A DNA stretch of 64,000 nt from assembly GCF_018350175.1 (NCBI RefSeq), contig NC_058371.1, positions 190,588,001 to 190,652,000 on the forward strand, written 5' to 3'. The notes beneath the pieces are model-generated. The model had not been told where the DNA came from and ran no database searches. It was given only the letters and a program-made list of their open reading frames with translations. The DNA is from Felis catus. Its lineage: Eukaryota. Position numbers and translations under genes: made by a program. Positions 11,200 to 23,720 of this stretch are shown here, in pieces (positions within the stretch are counted from its first letter, which is position 1; each line of letters starts with the position of its first letter).

Positions 11200-12253
11200 C
11201 TCCTGAACCTTTTAACTTTGTATCCCCAGGACCTACAGCAGCACCTGGTCCCTAGTAGACTCTGATTATTTGTTGTATGAGTGAATGAGCAGTACAAGTT
11301 TCTCAGACTGATAAGCAGTCTAAGAAAGACAGTGTGTGTGTGTGTGTTTTATGAGCAAGTGTGGAGTTTCAAGGGTGATTTTAATACATTTTGGAATCTA
11401 CAGAAGCAGAAGACAGAGTAAGGGGGAATAATTTTTGGTGGAACACAATTATAGACGGCCTTGAAAAGCAAAGAGGTTTAGACTTGAAGGCATAGGAAAC
11501 AGGAAGCCAACGAGGTTTCTAAGCAAGGCACAAGATAAAAGCATTGTCTGAAATAAATGATCTTGGCAGTGGAAAACTGAAAAACAAATTATTCCATCAA
11601 ACAAGTTGTTTCCAACAAGGGCTGTTTAATTTAATTTATTTTGTTTTTAAAATAAATTTAGTCAAACCAGTTTTTCTTATGGACAAAATTAATTTTAGGG
11701 AACTTCTTTCTTTATTATGAAATTTTAATTTGCAAAGATAAATATATTTCAAAAGGGGAAACAAGTACCAAATCCCCCCCCCCCAGAAGAATTCATTGCT
11801 GACATTCTTCGAGTCAGAAAATAATTTTGTTACCTCAATTTTCATTTAAATTATAATATGTGTATTTTTCATGCTATTGAATATTCTTTGGAAACATAAT
11901 TTTAACAATTTCATAATATTCAATTATATGAATTGTTTATATGTACTTAACTATTTCTGTATTGCTGAAGGGTTTTTTTTCACATTTTAATATTTTAATT
12001 TCTATACTTCAAGAACTACTGCTTCAGTAAGTATCCTATGCAAAAATCTTTTTGGATATTTTGGATCATTTCCTTAACAAAATATTTCTCAGAGGGGAAC
12101 TACTTACTAGTTCAAGAAACATTAATATTTTGACATATTTTTTAAATATTTCCCAAAATAGGTTATATCAATTTGAACTCTCTCCAAAACTGAGTATGCC
12201 AGTTTTCTATACACTCATCAGCCTGATGGATTTCTATTAAAAGGAAAAATATT

Positions 12254-12445
12254 GGGGCACCTGGGTGGCTAGCTGGTTAAGCATCCGACTGGACTTCTGC
12301 TCAAATCATATCTCAGGGTCATGAGACAGAGTCCTGCATCAGCCTCCACCCTGGGCGTGGAGCCTGCTTAAGACTCTCTCTCTGCTCTGCCCCTGTCTTC
12401 CTCCCCACGTCCCCACTCACATGTGCTCTCTCTTAAAAAAAAAAA
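12254..12445 (+). mobile_element. Can-SINE
   Basis: ggggcacctgggtggct head, CT tract, poly(A); TSD aaaaataYtg. Confidence 0.92.
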
Positions 12446-12600
12446 AAAATACTGATTACACAGGCAATAAATTATGTTTCACCATGGCTTTAATTTAAAT
12501 TTTTTTTCATTTCCAATGGGTTTGAACATTTTACTCAAATGTTTATTACCCATTTATCTTGGATACTCTGTAAATTCTCTTCTCATTTCTTTGCTATTTA

Positions 12601-12713
12601 TATATTTTTAAGTTTTATTTATTTAAGGAATCTCTACACCCAAATTTATTTAGTAATTCACGACCCTGAGATCAAGAGCCAGACACTCTTCCAACTGAGC
12701 CAGCCAGGTGCCC
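12601..12713 (-). mobile_element. Short old-type Can-SINE (no CT tract)
   Basis: 'gagatcaagag...ccaactgagccagccaggtgcccc'; 19-bp TSD ctcatttctttgctattta 12582-12600 / 12714-12732. Confidence 0.9.
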
Positions 12714-12984
12714 CTCATTTCTTTGCTATTTAACTCAAGCTTTCAGTAATAATATTTGTTCTCTCATAAGTCTTTTATGAGTTTATTATATAATAAAGCA
12801 ATTAATCTATTACATGTTGCATTTGTTGGAAATATTATAGAGAGAGAAAATAATTTAATTTCCCATGTTGATTTTCCTTTTGTAATTTTTTCCATCTCTT
12901 TTTAAAAATACAATGATTTTTCATTCCTAGATTTGATAGTGATTCACTTTTACTTTTTGTACATGCTTTAAAAACCTACATTTT

Positions 12985-13199
12985 ATTTTAAAAAATTTTT
13001 TAATGTTTATTTATTTTTGAGAGAGAGACAGAGCATGATCAGGGGAGGGGCAGAGAGAGAGGGAGACACAGAATCCCAAGCAGGCTCCAGGCTCCAAGCT
13101 GTCAGCACAGAGCCCCACGCAGGGCTCAAACTCACAAACCGCGAGATCATGACCTGAGCGAAGTTGGGCGCTTAACTGACTGAGCCACCCAGGCGCCCC
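12985..13199 (-). mobile_element. Can-SINE (later member of tandem pair)
   Basis: Full antisense SINE; flanked by cctacatttt at 12975-12984 and 13198-13207. Confidence 0.95.
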
Positions 13200-13208
13200 T
13201 ACATTTTT

Positions 13209-13406
13209 AAAGAATTTTTTAATGTTTATTTGTTTTTGAGAGAAACAGAGACACAGTACAATCAGGGGAGGGGCAGAAAGAATGGGATACACAGAATCCA
13301 GGCTCTGAGCTGTCAGCACTGAGCCCAACACAGGCTTGAACTCATGAACCGCGAGATCATAACCTGAGCTGAAGTCTGATGCTATACTTAGCCACCCAGG
13401 CGCCCC
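13209..13406 (-). mobile_element. Can-SINE (earlier member of tandem pair)
   Basis: Antisense SINE; outer TSD taaaaaYctacaYttt 12969-12984 / 13407-13422. Confidence 0.93.
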
Positions 13407-13477
13407 TAAAAATCTACACTTTAAAATGTAACACTTTAAATCTGTCTGGAATTTTTTTGGTCTATGGAGTGAAATGA

Positions 13478-13792
13478 TGTATCAGTTAGGGATCATGATT
13501 ACAAAGAAAAAGCCAGGTGTCTCTGCCACTATCTCTGCCAAAAGATCGAGTCTAAGCACCACCCACTTCTTCCTTTACTAGCATATGACCTAAGTCATGA
13601 GCTAGAAGGTAACAATTTTTGAACCCTAGGTCAAATGCTCCGATGCACCACTGAAAGAGGCTGGGAGACTGTTCAAAATTTTGACTTTGAAGAGGTGGAA
13701 TTTACAACGTGGGAAGTTCTCCAAGCATAACATAGGTGTTCAAAAGATGTTGAGTTGCCAAAAAACGACAAATATTCCTACAGATGAGGAAA
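13478..13792 (-). mobile_element. Old MaLR LTR (MLT1-type)
   Basis: Starts tgtatcagttaggg, ends 'acaaatattcctaca'. Confidence 0.5.
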
Positions 13793-14906
13793 CAAATCAG
13801 CCATTGTTTCAAAAAGCTTGCCAACTGTGGCAATACAATTTATTAAGTAATCTTTCATTTATCCATGAATGTTCTATACTTCCTTAAAGCATATTAAATG
13901 ATTACATCTAGTAGGATGGGCTTTTGATTTGGACACAATTTTTAATAGTAGTACCCTGAGCATTTGGGAACTTTAATATAAGACCTAAGCCAACCAAGAA
14001 TCACATACACGCACACACCCCTTATGTCTCTATATAACAGTGACTTTCATTTGTATGCACCTTGAAATTTTAATTTGTATCTCCTCTATTATGTTATTTA
14101 GCCTCTCTTAATCCTCAAATAAAGCTAATCATGGCACCCAAAGTCCATGACTCTAAATCACTGATATCAGCATTATCTCCACTTTACAAATGATGAAAGA
14201 TAATCATATACAATTAATATTGTAGATATATTGATTAACATGCACAGATGAGAAATTCTATCAGCTACCATATTTCAATGTCGGAAACAACTAGGTGTGC
14301 ACTTCAGTGATAATTTTTTCCCCTAGGCAGTTTACATTCTGGTTCATTCGGAATGTAGAATTATCATCCTCCTGATTACAAAATCACTTAGCACACTCCT
14401 CCAATTTCCACCAAGATCACAAAATCAGAATATCAGATGAAAACTGTAGTCCTCAAAAGATTTACCATGAATTTTTTGGTAAAGTTGTTTTATTTAGTTC
14501 TTATATCTTAACCTTGGGAGTGTAATTAGCCCAATGCATAAATTTTCTTATGGTTCTATAAATTACAGAGATTATGGTGGGAAGGGGAGTTGAAGGTAGA
14601 AATTAAAGACTGTACATTCTAGGGAGTTGTGAATGGAGCACATTAAAAGGCTACCTTTAATGTGGGAAATTTAAGGTCTGCACTGCTTGACCCAAGAAAT
14701 AAGATATCCCACATACAGCTATAGCATAACAGTTCCAATCTACAGCATGCCTAAGGAGTATGAGGCACCCTTAGGTTCCTTTCAACTCTAAAAAGTATCA
14801 TTATTAAAGAAAAGGAAAACAACTTTTTTTTTTTCCAACCAACATGCCTAGCCTCAAAGTCCGTGTTTTTCCCATTCCCACCCTTTCAGAGGTCAAAGAG
14901 GCAAAT

Positions 14907-15110
14907 TTTTTGTTTTGTTAAGATTTTTAAATTTATTAAAAAACAGAGATCACGCAAGAGAAAAGGGGCAGAGAGAGACGGGGACAGAAGCTCCAAAGTG
15001 GGTTCTGTGCTGATAGCAGCAAGCCAGATGTGGAGCTGGAACTCATGACCCATAAGATCATGACATGAGTCAAAGTCAGATGCTCCATCGACTGAGCCAC
15101 CCAGGTGCCC
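14907..15110 (-). mobile_element. Can-SINE
   Basis: TSD caaagaggcaaat 14894-14906 / 15111-15123. Confidence 0.93.
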
Positions 15111-16330
15111 CAAAGAGGCAAATGTTTCAGCATCCCCTCGTTTTTCATCTCTTTTCCCATACATCTGTTACTGATGTGTCCACCTGGGCATCAATGAGGG
15201 AGTCAGGCCTCTCTGGGAGATCTCAGAAACCAGGAAAGCCAGTGATTCCTGACCTTAAATACTGCAGTACTATGGTACTAAAATTCCACTTTTTATATGA
15301 ATTTCCGTATTAAAAATGAACATGCTGGGAACATACAAGTTTATTAGAAATGTAGGACTGTCAGAGAAAATAAAAACACTGGCAAAAATATTCTCAAAAT
15401 CCCTATAATTTTCCAGAGAGAATTTCACAAATGTTGTTAATTATACTTAATTATAAAAATATACACTAAAGTGATGACTTTAGCAATGGGTCACTGGTAA
15501 CAACTGTGTGTCACTGGAGCACATTTACTGATGCTCTGCCTGCTTCGTTCCAAGTCACAACCTCACAGTTCGCAGGCATCAGGTCAGAACAACACTCAGA
15601 TTAGCTGCAACCAGCAGAGAAGCTGGCCTGTTTTTCTCCTGTCGGAAAACATCATAGGAATCAACTGGAGAAACTGATATCGTGTGCAAAGTCACTGACA
15701 CTACAGAGGCCACAGTCTTTTCCTTGCTCTACTCATATAACGCCTCTTTCTTCCCTGATCCCTGAGGAAGGCTACACTATTTTGAGGCCACATGAGCAAG
15801 GTGGATAATGTTCATGAAAGAGAAGGCTGTGGAAGAGAGATGGGAGAAAGCAGGGGACGTAGGTACGCAGAGAAAAAGGAAAGTTTCAAACAGTCCTTAA
15901 GTATATGATCCCCTTAAAGTATAGTGTATAATTATTGAGAGTTATGAGTCAAGACTCAACTACAGAGTTGGGCCAAGTGCCACCATTTTAGGCACTGAAC
16001 ACAGAGTATGGAGGGTCATGGGTTTATAAGCATAAAAGGTGAAGTTAACCTTCTTCCTGCCATATTAAACATTTAAGTATTTTTTTTGAAGATGAATTGG
16101 TGAAAGTATTAGAATCCCCACAATGCGTTTAATAGTAATGTTTTTGAGAGCACTGCCTCAGTATCTGCAAGTCTGTTAGCATCACTTTGTTATCTTCGCT
16201 AGTTGTTGACTTCAGCAGAAATTCCCAAGATGAATAATGCTTAGCATGGTGCGGTTTAACGTGATCAAGTCATTTACTTTACATAGTTTTCAAATATAAC
16301 ATTTAAATTTTTAATTAAAAAATAAAAATT

Positions 16331-16560
16331 GGGGGATGTCTGGGTGGCTCAGTCGAATAAATGTCCGACTCTTCATTTCAGTTCAGGTCATGATCTTATG
16401 GTTCACAGGCTCAAGCCCCATGTCAGGCTTTGTGCTGACAGTGTGGAATCTGCTTAGGATTCCCTCTCTCCCTTTCTCTCCACCCCTCTGTACTCACATT
16501 CACACACTCTCTCACTCAAAATAAATAAATAAATAGATAGATAAATAAATAAATAAGTAA
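16331..16560 (+). mobile_element. Can-SINE with (AAAT)n tail
   Basis: 'gggtggctcagtcg...caggtcatgatct' head; aaataaat tail. Confidence 0.92.
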
Positions 16561-16768
16561 AATATTTGACAATTTTGAAAAAAATCAGTATTGAAATTAG
16601 TATTTGAATATTCTGTTGTTTTCATATTTTAATTACACTATCAGTTTCCCCCACTAAATAAAAGTTTAACAAAAGTTAAAAAAAATATGAGTTTAATCAT
16701 TAATCACTAGCCAGGTTGGTATGTCCATTCCAATTTGGTATTAATAAAACAAAAAAGACTACATATAT

Positions 16769-17266
16769 TGACAAAGAGTCTCTCCTTCACCAAACTCTAG
16801 TCAGGTTCTTCTGAGTCCTCTTTCCATCTACACTTCCCTCTACCCCTCAACACTTGGGCTCCCTTGGTCTCCGCGGTGTCCAATTTTAGCATGAATCCTG
16901 CTACACTAGCTAAACAGAATCTCCCACCCTCTATATCTGTTTACCCTCCATATCTAACAAGGTTCCTCATCCTACTACCATCTCCCAGGTGACGTCTGAT
17001 CACCCAGTCTGGTTCCAGCAAGAACTACGCTGGTTTAGCTGAAATCCCCCCTTATTCCTGACGTTTCCTGTTAGTAATTTTCCATCCACTACACCCTACC
17101 CTACTTCCTTGGCTATAAATTCCTACTTTTCCTTGTTGTATTCAAGGTTGAACCAAATCTTTCTCCCTCACTGCAAAACCCCACTGCCACGATTCCTACA
17201 ACTATCATGATGGTCCTGAATAGAGTCTGTCTATCAACAAATGTCATGAACAACTTTTCATTAATA
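16769..17266 (+). mobile_element. ERV1 solo LTR, MER31-like
   Basis: Starts tgacaaagagtctctccttcaccaaactctagtcagg; TATA-like ctataaat ~17114; 4-bp TSD atat 16765-16768 / 17267-17270. Confidence 0.75.
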
Positions 17267-19719
17267 ATATTAAGTAATCAATAAACTTTGATTTAATATT
17301 ACCATCAAGCATAGTAATAATAATTTCTACTAAATTACACTTTTGAATCTCTTTTACATTTTTCCTTTTTGTTATATACCTTTAGTTGATTTGTAGATTG
17401 CTTTATTCGTAGTTTAATTTATGAGAGAAATCACAACTTTTCAAGAAAATCAAGAGCTTCAAATTATGAGAAGTGTCTTTCTGAATCTGCTTTCCTGAAC
17501 CTACTTCCAGTTCACATCTCTTATACATGAATATATTGTTTCTACACTTGATTTTGGAAGATGAAAACAATAAAATCGTTTCTGGACATGATGAACTAGA
17601 GTAAAAATTGGTGGTTAAAATGACACTTTAGTCTCAAAGTTTCCAAACTTGCAGTGGTGAGTATAAGCAATAGACCCTGGAAAATAAACCACCTATAATC
17701 CGGGGGGGTCCCATGAGAATTAAAATATTTTTCAAACTATATTGATAATGTACATTATAAATATGGAAAATTCCCTGCCAGATCATGAGCTGAGGGTATG
17801 ACTTCAATCCGTGTCCCAGAAACATCGAAGCTGAGTGCACAGATGCCCTAGACGAGTCAGAACTAGAGAGTTTCTTTCTATATAGAAATCCCAAGTGCAA
17901 TCACACATCATCTAAGATCCACTGAGCATTTCTGCCAGTCACTGCACAAGGTTGTGAGGATGTGGGGGCATCCTTGCCCTCAAGGATCTACAGTCCAGCA
18001 GGGAAGACAGACAAACACGTAATTACAACGGAGTTTTATTATGAAAGCATCTCTAGGTCAGAACTAAGTCCTTTGGACCTTGAGGAGTGCATCATTGTCA
18101 GTAACATATTTTTCCCAAATATATGTTGATGCCCCAGACTAACTGTATTATTAGCCTCATCCAAACAGGCCAAATGTCAATAGAAAAATCCAAAGCAACT
18201 TCAGAAATGTCACACCTTTTGTATACGGTAGTGAAGCAGAGTTTTTACGTGTTTCCATCACCAGGTATTCTTCTGTGGTCAGGTTTTAAAGAAATATGTA
18301 TGGGGTGCCTAGCATAGCACCATGTTGGATAATGAAGGAAATAACAAACAATATAAATGACAGGAATCAAATATGACAGGAATCATATTGATGTTGCAGG
18401 ACTTTGAGAAAAATAGGTGAAAATTAGCAAAAGAACAAACAGAACTGTGTTTTTACAGAAAGAATTTCTAGGGCAAGTACACAAAAACATAGAAGTGGCT
18501 AAGCATATTTAGGAAGCAAGTTTTTTATGAAACAACATTTGGCCAGGGGATGAGAAGGCTGTCTTTACAGGAGAACATGCCAGAACTTTCAATATGCTGG
18601 TAACGCTGCAAATTTCAAAGAAGGTACATAGCATGAAAAGTTTATCGTAAGTACTTGCCTTAAATAATCAACGTTAATAGATTATCAAGAGTCACAACAC
18701 TTTGGGAAAGTCAAAGTCACACTAAAAAGTCAAAGTCAAAGTTACTCTAAATATACTATTAAATAAAGGCATTTTAGAACTAAGGAGATAGCCTTATTCC
18801 AACATTCTTCTATTTTAAGGCACCAAATTAAAGCATAAATTCTTTCCTTGACAAAACTTGGAACAAATTCCTTAGCCTGGGAGATTTTCCCCTCAAACAT
18901 GAAGAAATATGTGTTAGCTATTTTTGAGTAGTAGGAATGTAAAAAATGTGTATTTTTGAGAATTGGAGACTTTTTTGTCCTTGAATAACTCAAAATTTCT
19001 TTGTTCTTCTGAATCAAATTTAGCAAGTAATTAGTGCATAATGAGAACCAGTTGTAGCATCAGACTCTATTTAGTCAAAGTGCATTAAAAAATACATAGG
19101 AAGACCAACCGATAATCTGAATTCGCTTTCTAATGACGCTAACCTCATGAATGTTGTTAAAGAATGTATCATGGGCTCAAAAATCTGTTTTGCTGATTTC
19201 CAGAAAGCCCTTGGGGATTAATTTTCTCTCCAAGCTTTGTCCAACAATATATGTGAAGCAAATGGGAGTTTTGAATCAAAGATTAGCAGCATAGAAGCAA
19301 AGAGAGTCTCTAACAGAACCTAGTAAGATGATTGCTCAAACATCGGCTCACTTGTTAGCTTATTGGCCATGCTTTCACTGCTAAGCGCAATGCTGAAGCC
19401 TACTAGCATCCTATTCTGGAGACAAAAGTCTCACTCTTAAACCCACACAAAGCAAACAAATTATAGGCAGAAATTAATCCATCACAGCAAAAGCAGGTGA
19501 AGCACAAAGGCTCAGACTATTTTAGCCCTGCCAGAAAGTTCTTAAAGGGTGTAGGTGTGAGAGTGAGCAGGAGGGATAAGAAGGAAAAAGACATGGTTAG
19601 CAGCAATGCAATGCGGGAGTTCCTGACTGACAGTCATTGCAGAGTTGGGGGGTGTCAGGGTTCTGCCAGCTTCTTTTTCACTTACCACTCAAATTTCGGA
19701 AGTTTATTTACCTCTTAGG

Positions 19720-20025
19720 TAAAGTTCAAAGCTTGTCACATGTCTTCAAGTGGTGATTCAGGGAGCTAGGCTCCTGTCATCTTATTTGCCGCACTATCTT
19801 TACTAACAACGTTGGCAGACATATCTGCATGAAGCTACCAGAAAGAGAAAGAGCATGGAGAATAAAAACGTACGTGTGATATTTCATTAGCCAGTCCCTG
19901 AAGTGCTGCACCCACTTCCGCTCACGTAAACTAGAACCAGTCACACAGCCACATCTCGAGTGTGCAAGACTGGGCACCATGGTCTAGGATTGTGTCCAGG
20001 AAGAAGACACAGATTAGTGTAACAG
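19720..20025 (-). mobile_element. Old ERVL/MaLR LTR (LTR33/MLT1-like)
   Basis: 'gattcagggagctaggctcctgtcatctt' ... 'cacttccgctcac...agaaccagtcacacagccacatct'. Confidence 0.6.
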
Positions 20026-20535
20026 CAGGGAGAAAAGGCACCTATTTTACAGAGAAACAGCCCTGAATTCTAATCCCATCCCAGTTCTGCGATCTACTTG
20101 ATGAAAAGCAAAGGGCAGGTTAGTTACCCTCAGAGCATCGACACACACGTTCACTTTCCCCTTCCGATTCATCCCGGCTTCCCTATCAGATTTCACACAA
20201 TGTTCCCACCAGGAGCAAGGTGTGTACAGCAGCTCAGCTCACCTGCAGGGTCTAAGGAATACAACTCATGACTTCATCAAACATACCTATATGTTGGTCT
20301 TTCTCCATGTCTTCTGAATAAAGAGGATGAAGCTGCATAAACCAGGAGCAAAGACAAAATGGAAGCAGACACAGAAGGCAAAGGAGGAGATGAGGGGAGT
20401 CGGCTCAACTACTCCTTATCGCCGAACTGTGGGCACGTTCCCCACCTGCATTTCCTTATCACACAGCCTTCACGCAAAATTGACAATCTAGCCTTCCTTC
20501 CCTCAAACACACCACTGAAACACTGTGCTAATGTG

Positions 20536-20862
20536 AGGGTTCTCAAATTTTAGTGTGCACCAGAATCATCTGAAGAACTTACAGGACATGTTAGGCCCAC
20601 TTACAGTATTTCTAACTCAGTACATGTGGGGAATGGCCAGTGAATTCACATTCCCAACAAATGTACAGGTGGTGATCATTCTGCTGGCCCAACCCATACT
20701 TTCGAGAACCATTCTCTAGAACGTGATTCTCATTCCTGACTGGAAACCAGAATTTGGAAATTTTCTAAAGCTCCAGACTACTCAGACCAATTAAATCAGA
20801 ATCTTTGAGAAGTGAAACCCACCACTGGTGTTTTTATAAGCTCCCTAGGTTGAGAACCACTG
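20536..20862. mobile_element. Two tandem MER5-type hAT-Charlie MITEs (~20536-20715 and ~20720-20862)
   Basis: 'ggttctcaaattttagtgtgcaccagaatcatctgaaga' ... 'tttcgagaaccatt'; 'ccaattaaatcagaatct' ... 'ggttgagaaccactg'. Confidence 0.8.
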
Positions 20863-21449
20863 CTCATGCAGGATACAAAATAGATTTCTTTATAATACCT
20901 TCAAGAAATTATCTTCTGGGTCATAAATCTGAAGACACGGTTTGGATCTGCTGCGTTTGCCTTGGAGCCATTGCCTGGGGCGGTCCTTGGTGCACAGCAG
21001 GCACCTATCATAGTTGAAGCTCTTACTGAAGTAGTTGATTTCCTTAACTTCTCTGCGGTAATGAATAATACTGACATCCTTTCTTTTGAGCACATCTCTC
21101 ATTTCACAATTTGCATAAGCAGTTATTCTATTTCTTCTGTGACATTAACAGCTGTTCATTTGCTTGTTTGTTTGCTTACCCTGCTAGTTCCTTCTCCACT
21201 CAACTCCAAGGCTTGTTCTGGGTCCTATGTATTACCTTCTCCATGTTAGTGTTTCTGTCATAAGTTCTCTCCATGCAAATCATGTTAGCATGCTTTTGAA
21301 CTTCCAGTGACCCCCCCCCCACCAACGTTAGAAGGGATGAGATTCCTCCCCCACAAATTACTTCACTTGTTACTCTGAGAAAGTAACTGTTAAGAGGTGT
21401 CATTTGGGGAAGTAAAAGTGTAATTAGACATAGATCGTAATAGCAAAAC

Positions 21450-21690
21450 AGCCAATATTTATTGAGCACAGGCACTGTACTAAATAAAGACTTCACATGG
21501 GTCGCACCATTTATTTTTCACAAGAAACTATTGTATCACAAGATACAAATCATATCCCCATTTTACAGATGAGAAAAGTAAGGTGCAGGGAGGTTAAATA
21601 ATTGGCCCAAGGTCATGCAGCTGGTGAAGTACAGACAGAGACTTCCAAAGAGTTACTCTGGCTCCAGAAATCAGCGTCTAACAACTCTAT
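21450..21690 (-). mobile_element. MIR SINE, near full length
   Basis: 'atttattgagcac' ... 'ccccattttacagatgagaaa' ... 'gcccaaggtcatgcagctggt'. Confidence 0.85.
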
Positions 21691-22619
21691 TATGGAAGAG
21701 TGTGAAAAAGAGGTCTAGAAATCAGAACGAGATTATAAAATTTAAAAAAAAGATAATAATACCTCCATGGGAGAATTTTCAGATTCAATATAACTAAACA
21801 AAGGCATTAAAATAATTAGGCTCGAATGAAAAAAATCATCACAGATGTTCATGGAAAAGGAGGGGAAGGGGAGATCACGTGCATCAGGAAAAATCAGAGG
21901 GAAGATGGGTGAATGGCTGTGGTCTCTGAGTTGATCAGTGAAAAGGATTCATGGGTGTTTCCCACTGACCTGATGTGGGCAAATCAGGAGACAAAGAGCT
22001 GACTTGTGATCATCTTGGTACCTTTCCAATAATTCAGTTTATAGGAACAGAAGGAATTCAGCCTCAAGAAGCCATATATTATGTGAACACTGGTTTGTGA
22101 GGGGTTCACAAGGAGCCTAAGGCAAAAAGTTGAACTAGAGATGCACATCTGCACATACGCCAAGGGCACTACAGGTACAAGAGTCCAAGAGAGACCTAAA
22201 AAAAGCCCAAAACAGCAATCCTAAGATAAAGACCTAGCTTTAAACACAAGACAGCACCAGAGAACATAAAGCCAGTTACATGAGAACAGATTAAATTTAT
22301 GTCCTTTTTTATGTTATCACTTCTCCATCCCCTTTCTTTAAACCTGAAGCTCTCAGAATCTGGGAAGCAAACAAATGGTAGTGAAGGAAGAGAAGCAGGC
22401 AGAGAAACAAGAGGGAAAACAACCAATTACAGGCTTTTACCCTGAGGCAGGTCGGGGCCTGAGGAAGGGAGAAGACTGACATTCAATCAAGTTCACAGTG
22501 TTGTTTGGTTGTTTGTTTGTTTGTTTGTTTTATGGAACAATAATTTATTTAATGATAAGAATTTAGTTATTCCACTAATAATCATTTAGTTTGTTTCCAG
22601 GATTTTGCAATTCATACTT

Positions 22620-22720
22620 TATTATTTTTTTTTATTTAAATTCAAGTTAGTTTAACACACAGTGTAGTCTTGGCTTCAGGAGTAGAACCCAGTGATTCAT
22701 CTCCTACATATGACACCCAT
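22620..22720 (-). mobile_element. Very short carnivore L1 3'-end fragment
   Basis: 'tttatttaaattcaagttagtttaacacacagtgtagtcttggcttcaggagtagaacccagtgattcatc...acaccca'. Confidence 0.7.
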
Positions 22721-23231
22721 TTGATAAATAATATACGCTAAACACCAAATTTCTGAATTAAAGTAAGATTTATTTCTTAAGGTGACTATAATTCTGCATT
22801 TTATCTGAGTAAAAACATGGAGGAAGACCAACATACAGGCATGTTTAAGTCATGAGTTGTACTTATGTAATATGCTGTTCATACATGTGTAAAAGAAGTC
22901 TCAGGTGACATTTTTATTGTTTCCAACCCAGAATGGCCACATATTTGTCTAGAACAGTTACAGAAAAGGCCTGTAAGATGTTTTCTATAAGGAAAAGTGA
23001 TGGCCTTTGGAGTGTGGAAGGCATAACTCAAAAGATCCTGAATTTTCAAAGGTCTGGTTCAAGGAATGTGATGCCATCTTAGACAGAAAAATGTTTTAGT
23101 ATATGCACCTGATTTTGTCATTCAAATTGTCCTTCAGTCTATCATGAGTTCTGATAGAGTAATTAACTATTTAAAAAAAGTAATTTTCTCCTTATATTTC
23201 TAAATAACATGGGGTACCAGTATCCATGGGG

Positions 23232-23720
23232 TATGTTAGTCAGGTTTGGAAAATAAAACAGGAGATGCTCTAGGTATTTCAAGCAGAAAAGGATTTAATA
23301 CCTAGAATTTAGTGCCAATAACTCTGGAAGAAAGCAAGGCTGGAGAAGGCTGACTGGCCACCTCTCAGATACACCTGACCTGCCTTCTGAGAATCATCAA
23401 GTTTCAACCAGGTCAGGAACTCCAGGAAACCACTCTCAGATGGTCGCTGCTGCCTGGAATATTAGGCAGATGATTTTCAAAGTGTCCCCAGAAGCCACTG
23501 TTGATGTTGAGACTCAAATCTGTTGAAGGCCAGGTGCTACCTACAACTGACAAAGAAGTATCATGGCTTCCGCTCCCTTCTATCTTCCAACATTAATGCA
23601 GTGTCACTTATTAGAGGAAAGAAAGCAAGCCAGAAACACATAATAAGAAATGCTGGGAAATGTAGTTCCTGGTCTTCTGGCTCCTGAGACACCAAGCAGA
23701 GCACAACAGGGACACTGGGA
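23232..23720 (-). mobile_element. Old MaLR LTR (MLT1-type)
   Basis: 'tatgttagtcagg...ctctaggtatttcaagcagaaaaggatttaatac' ... 'tgctgggaaatgtagttcc'. Confidence 0.55.

Larger units (their letters stand above)
11850..13465 (-). mobile_element. Ancient L1M (L1ME-like) remnant hosting four SINEs
   Basis: T-rich antisense L1 motifs such as 'tttcccaaaataggttatatcaatttgaactc' and 'tttgaacattttactcaaatgtttatt'. Confidence 0.6.

Noticed and set aside
12601-12713. tRNA gene
   Set aside because: tRNA-like head belongs to a short Can-SINE with an A-rich tail and 19-bp TSD; the B-box/T-arm region is disrupted. The same applies to the other SINE heads.
18355-18742. Small direct repeats (atgacaggaatca x2; aaagtc runs) as regulatory arrays
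   Set aside because: Short slippage-type duplications are common and nothing else supports a function.
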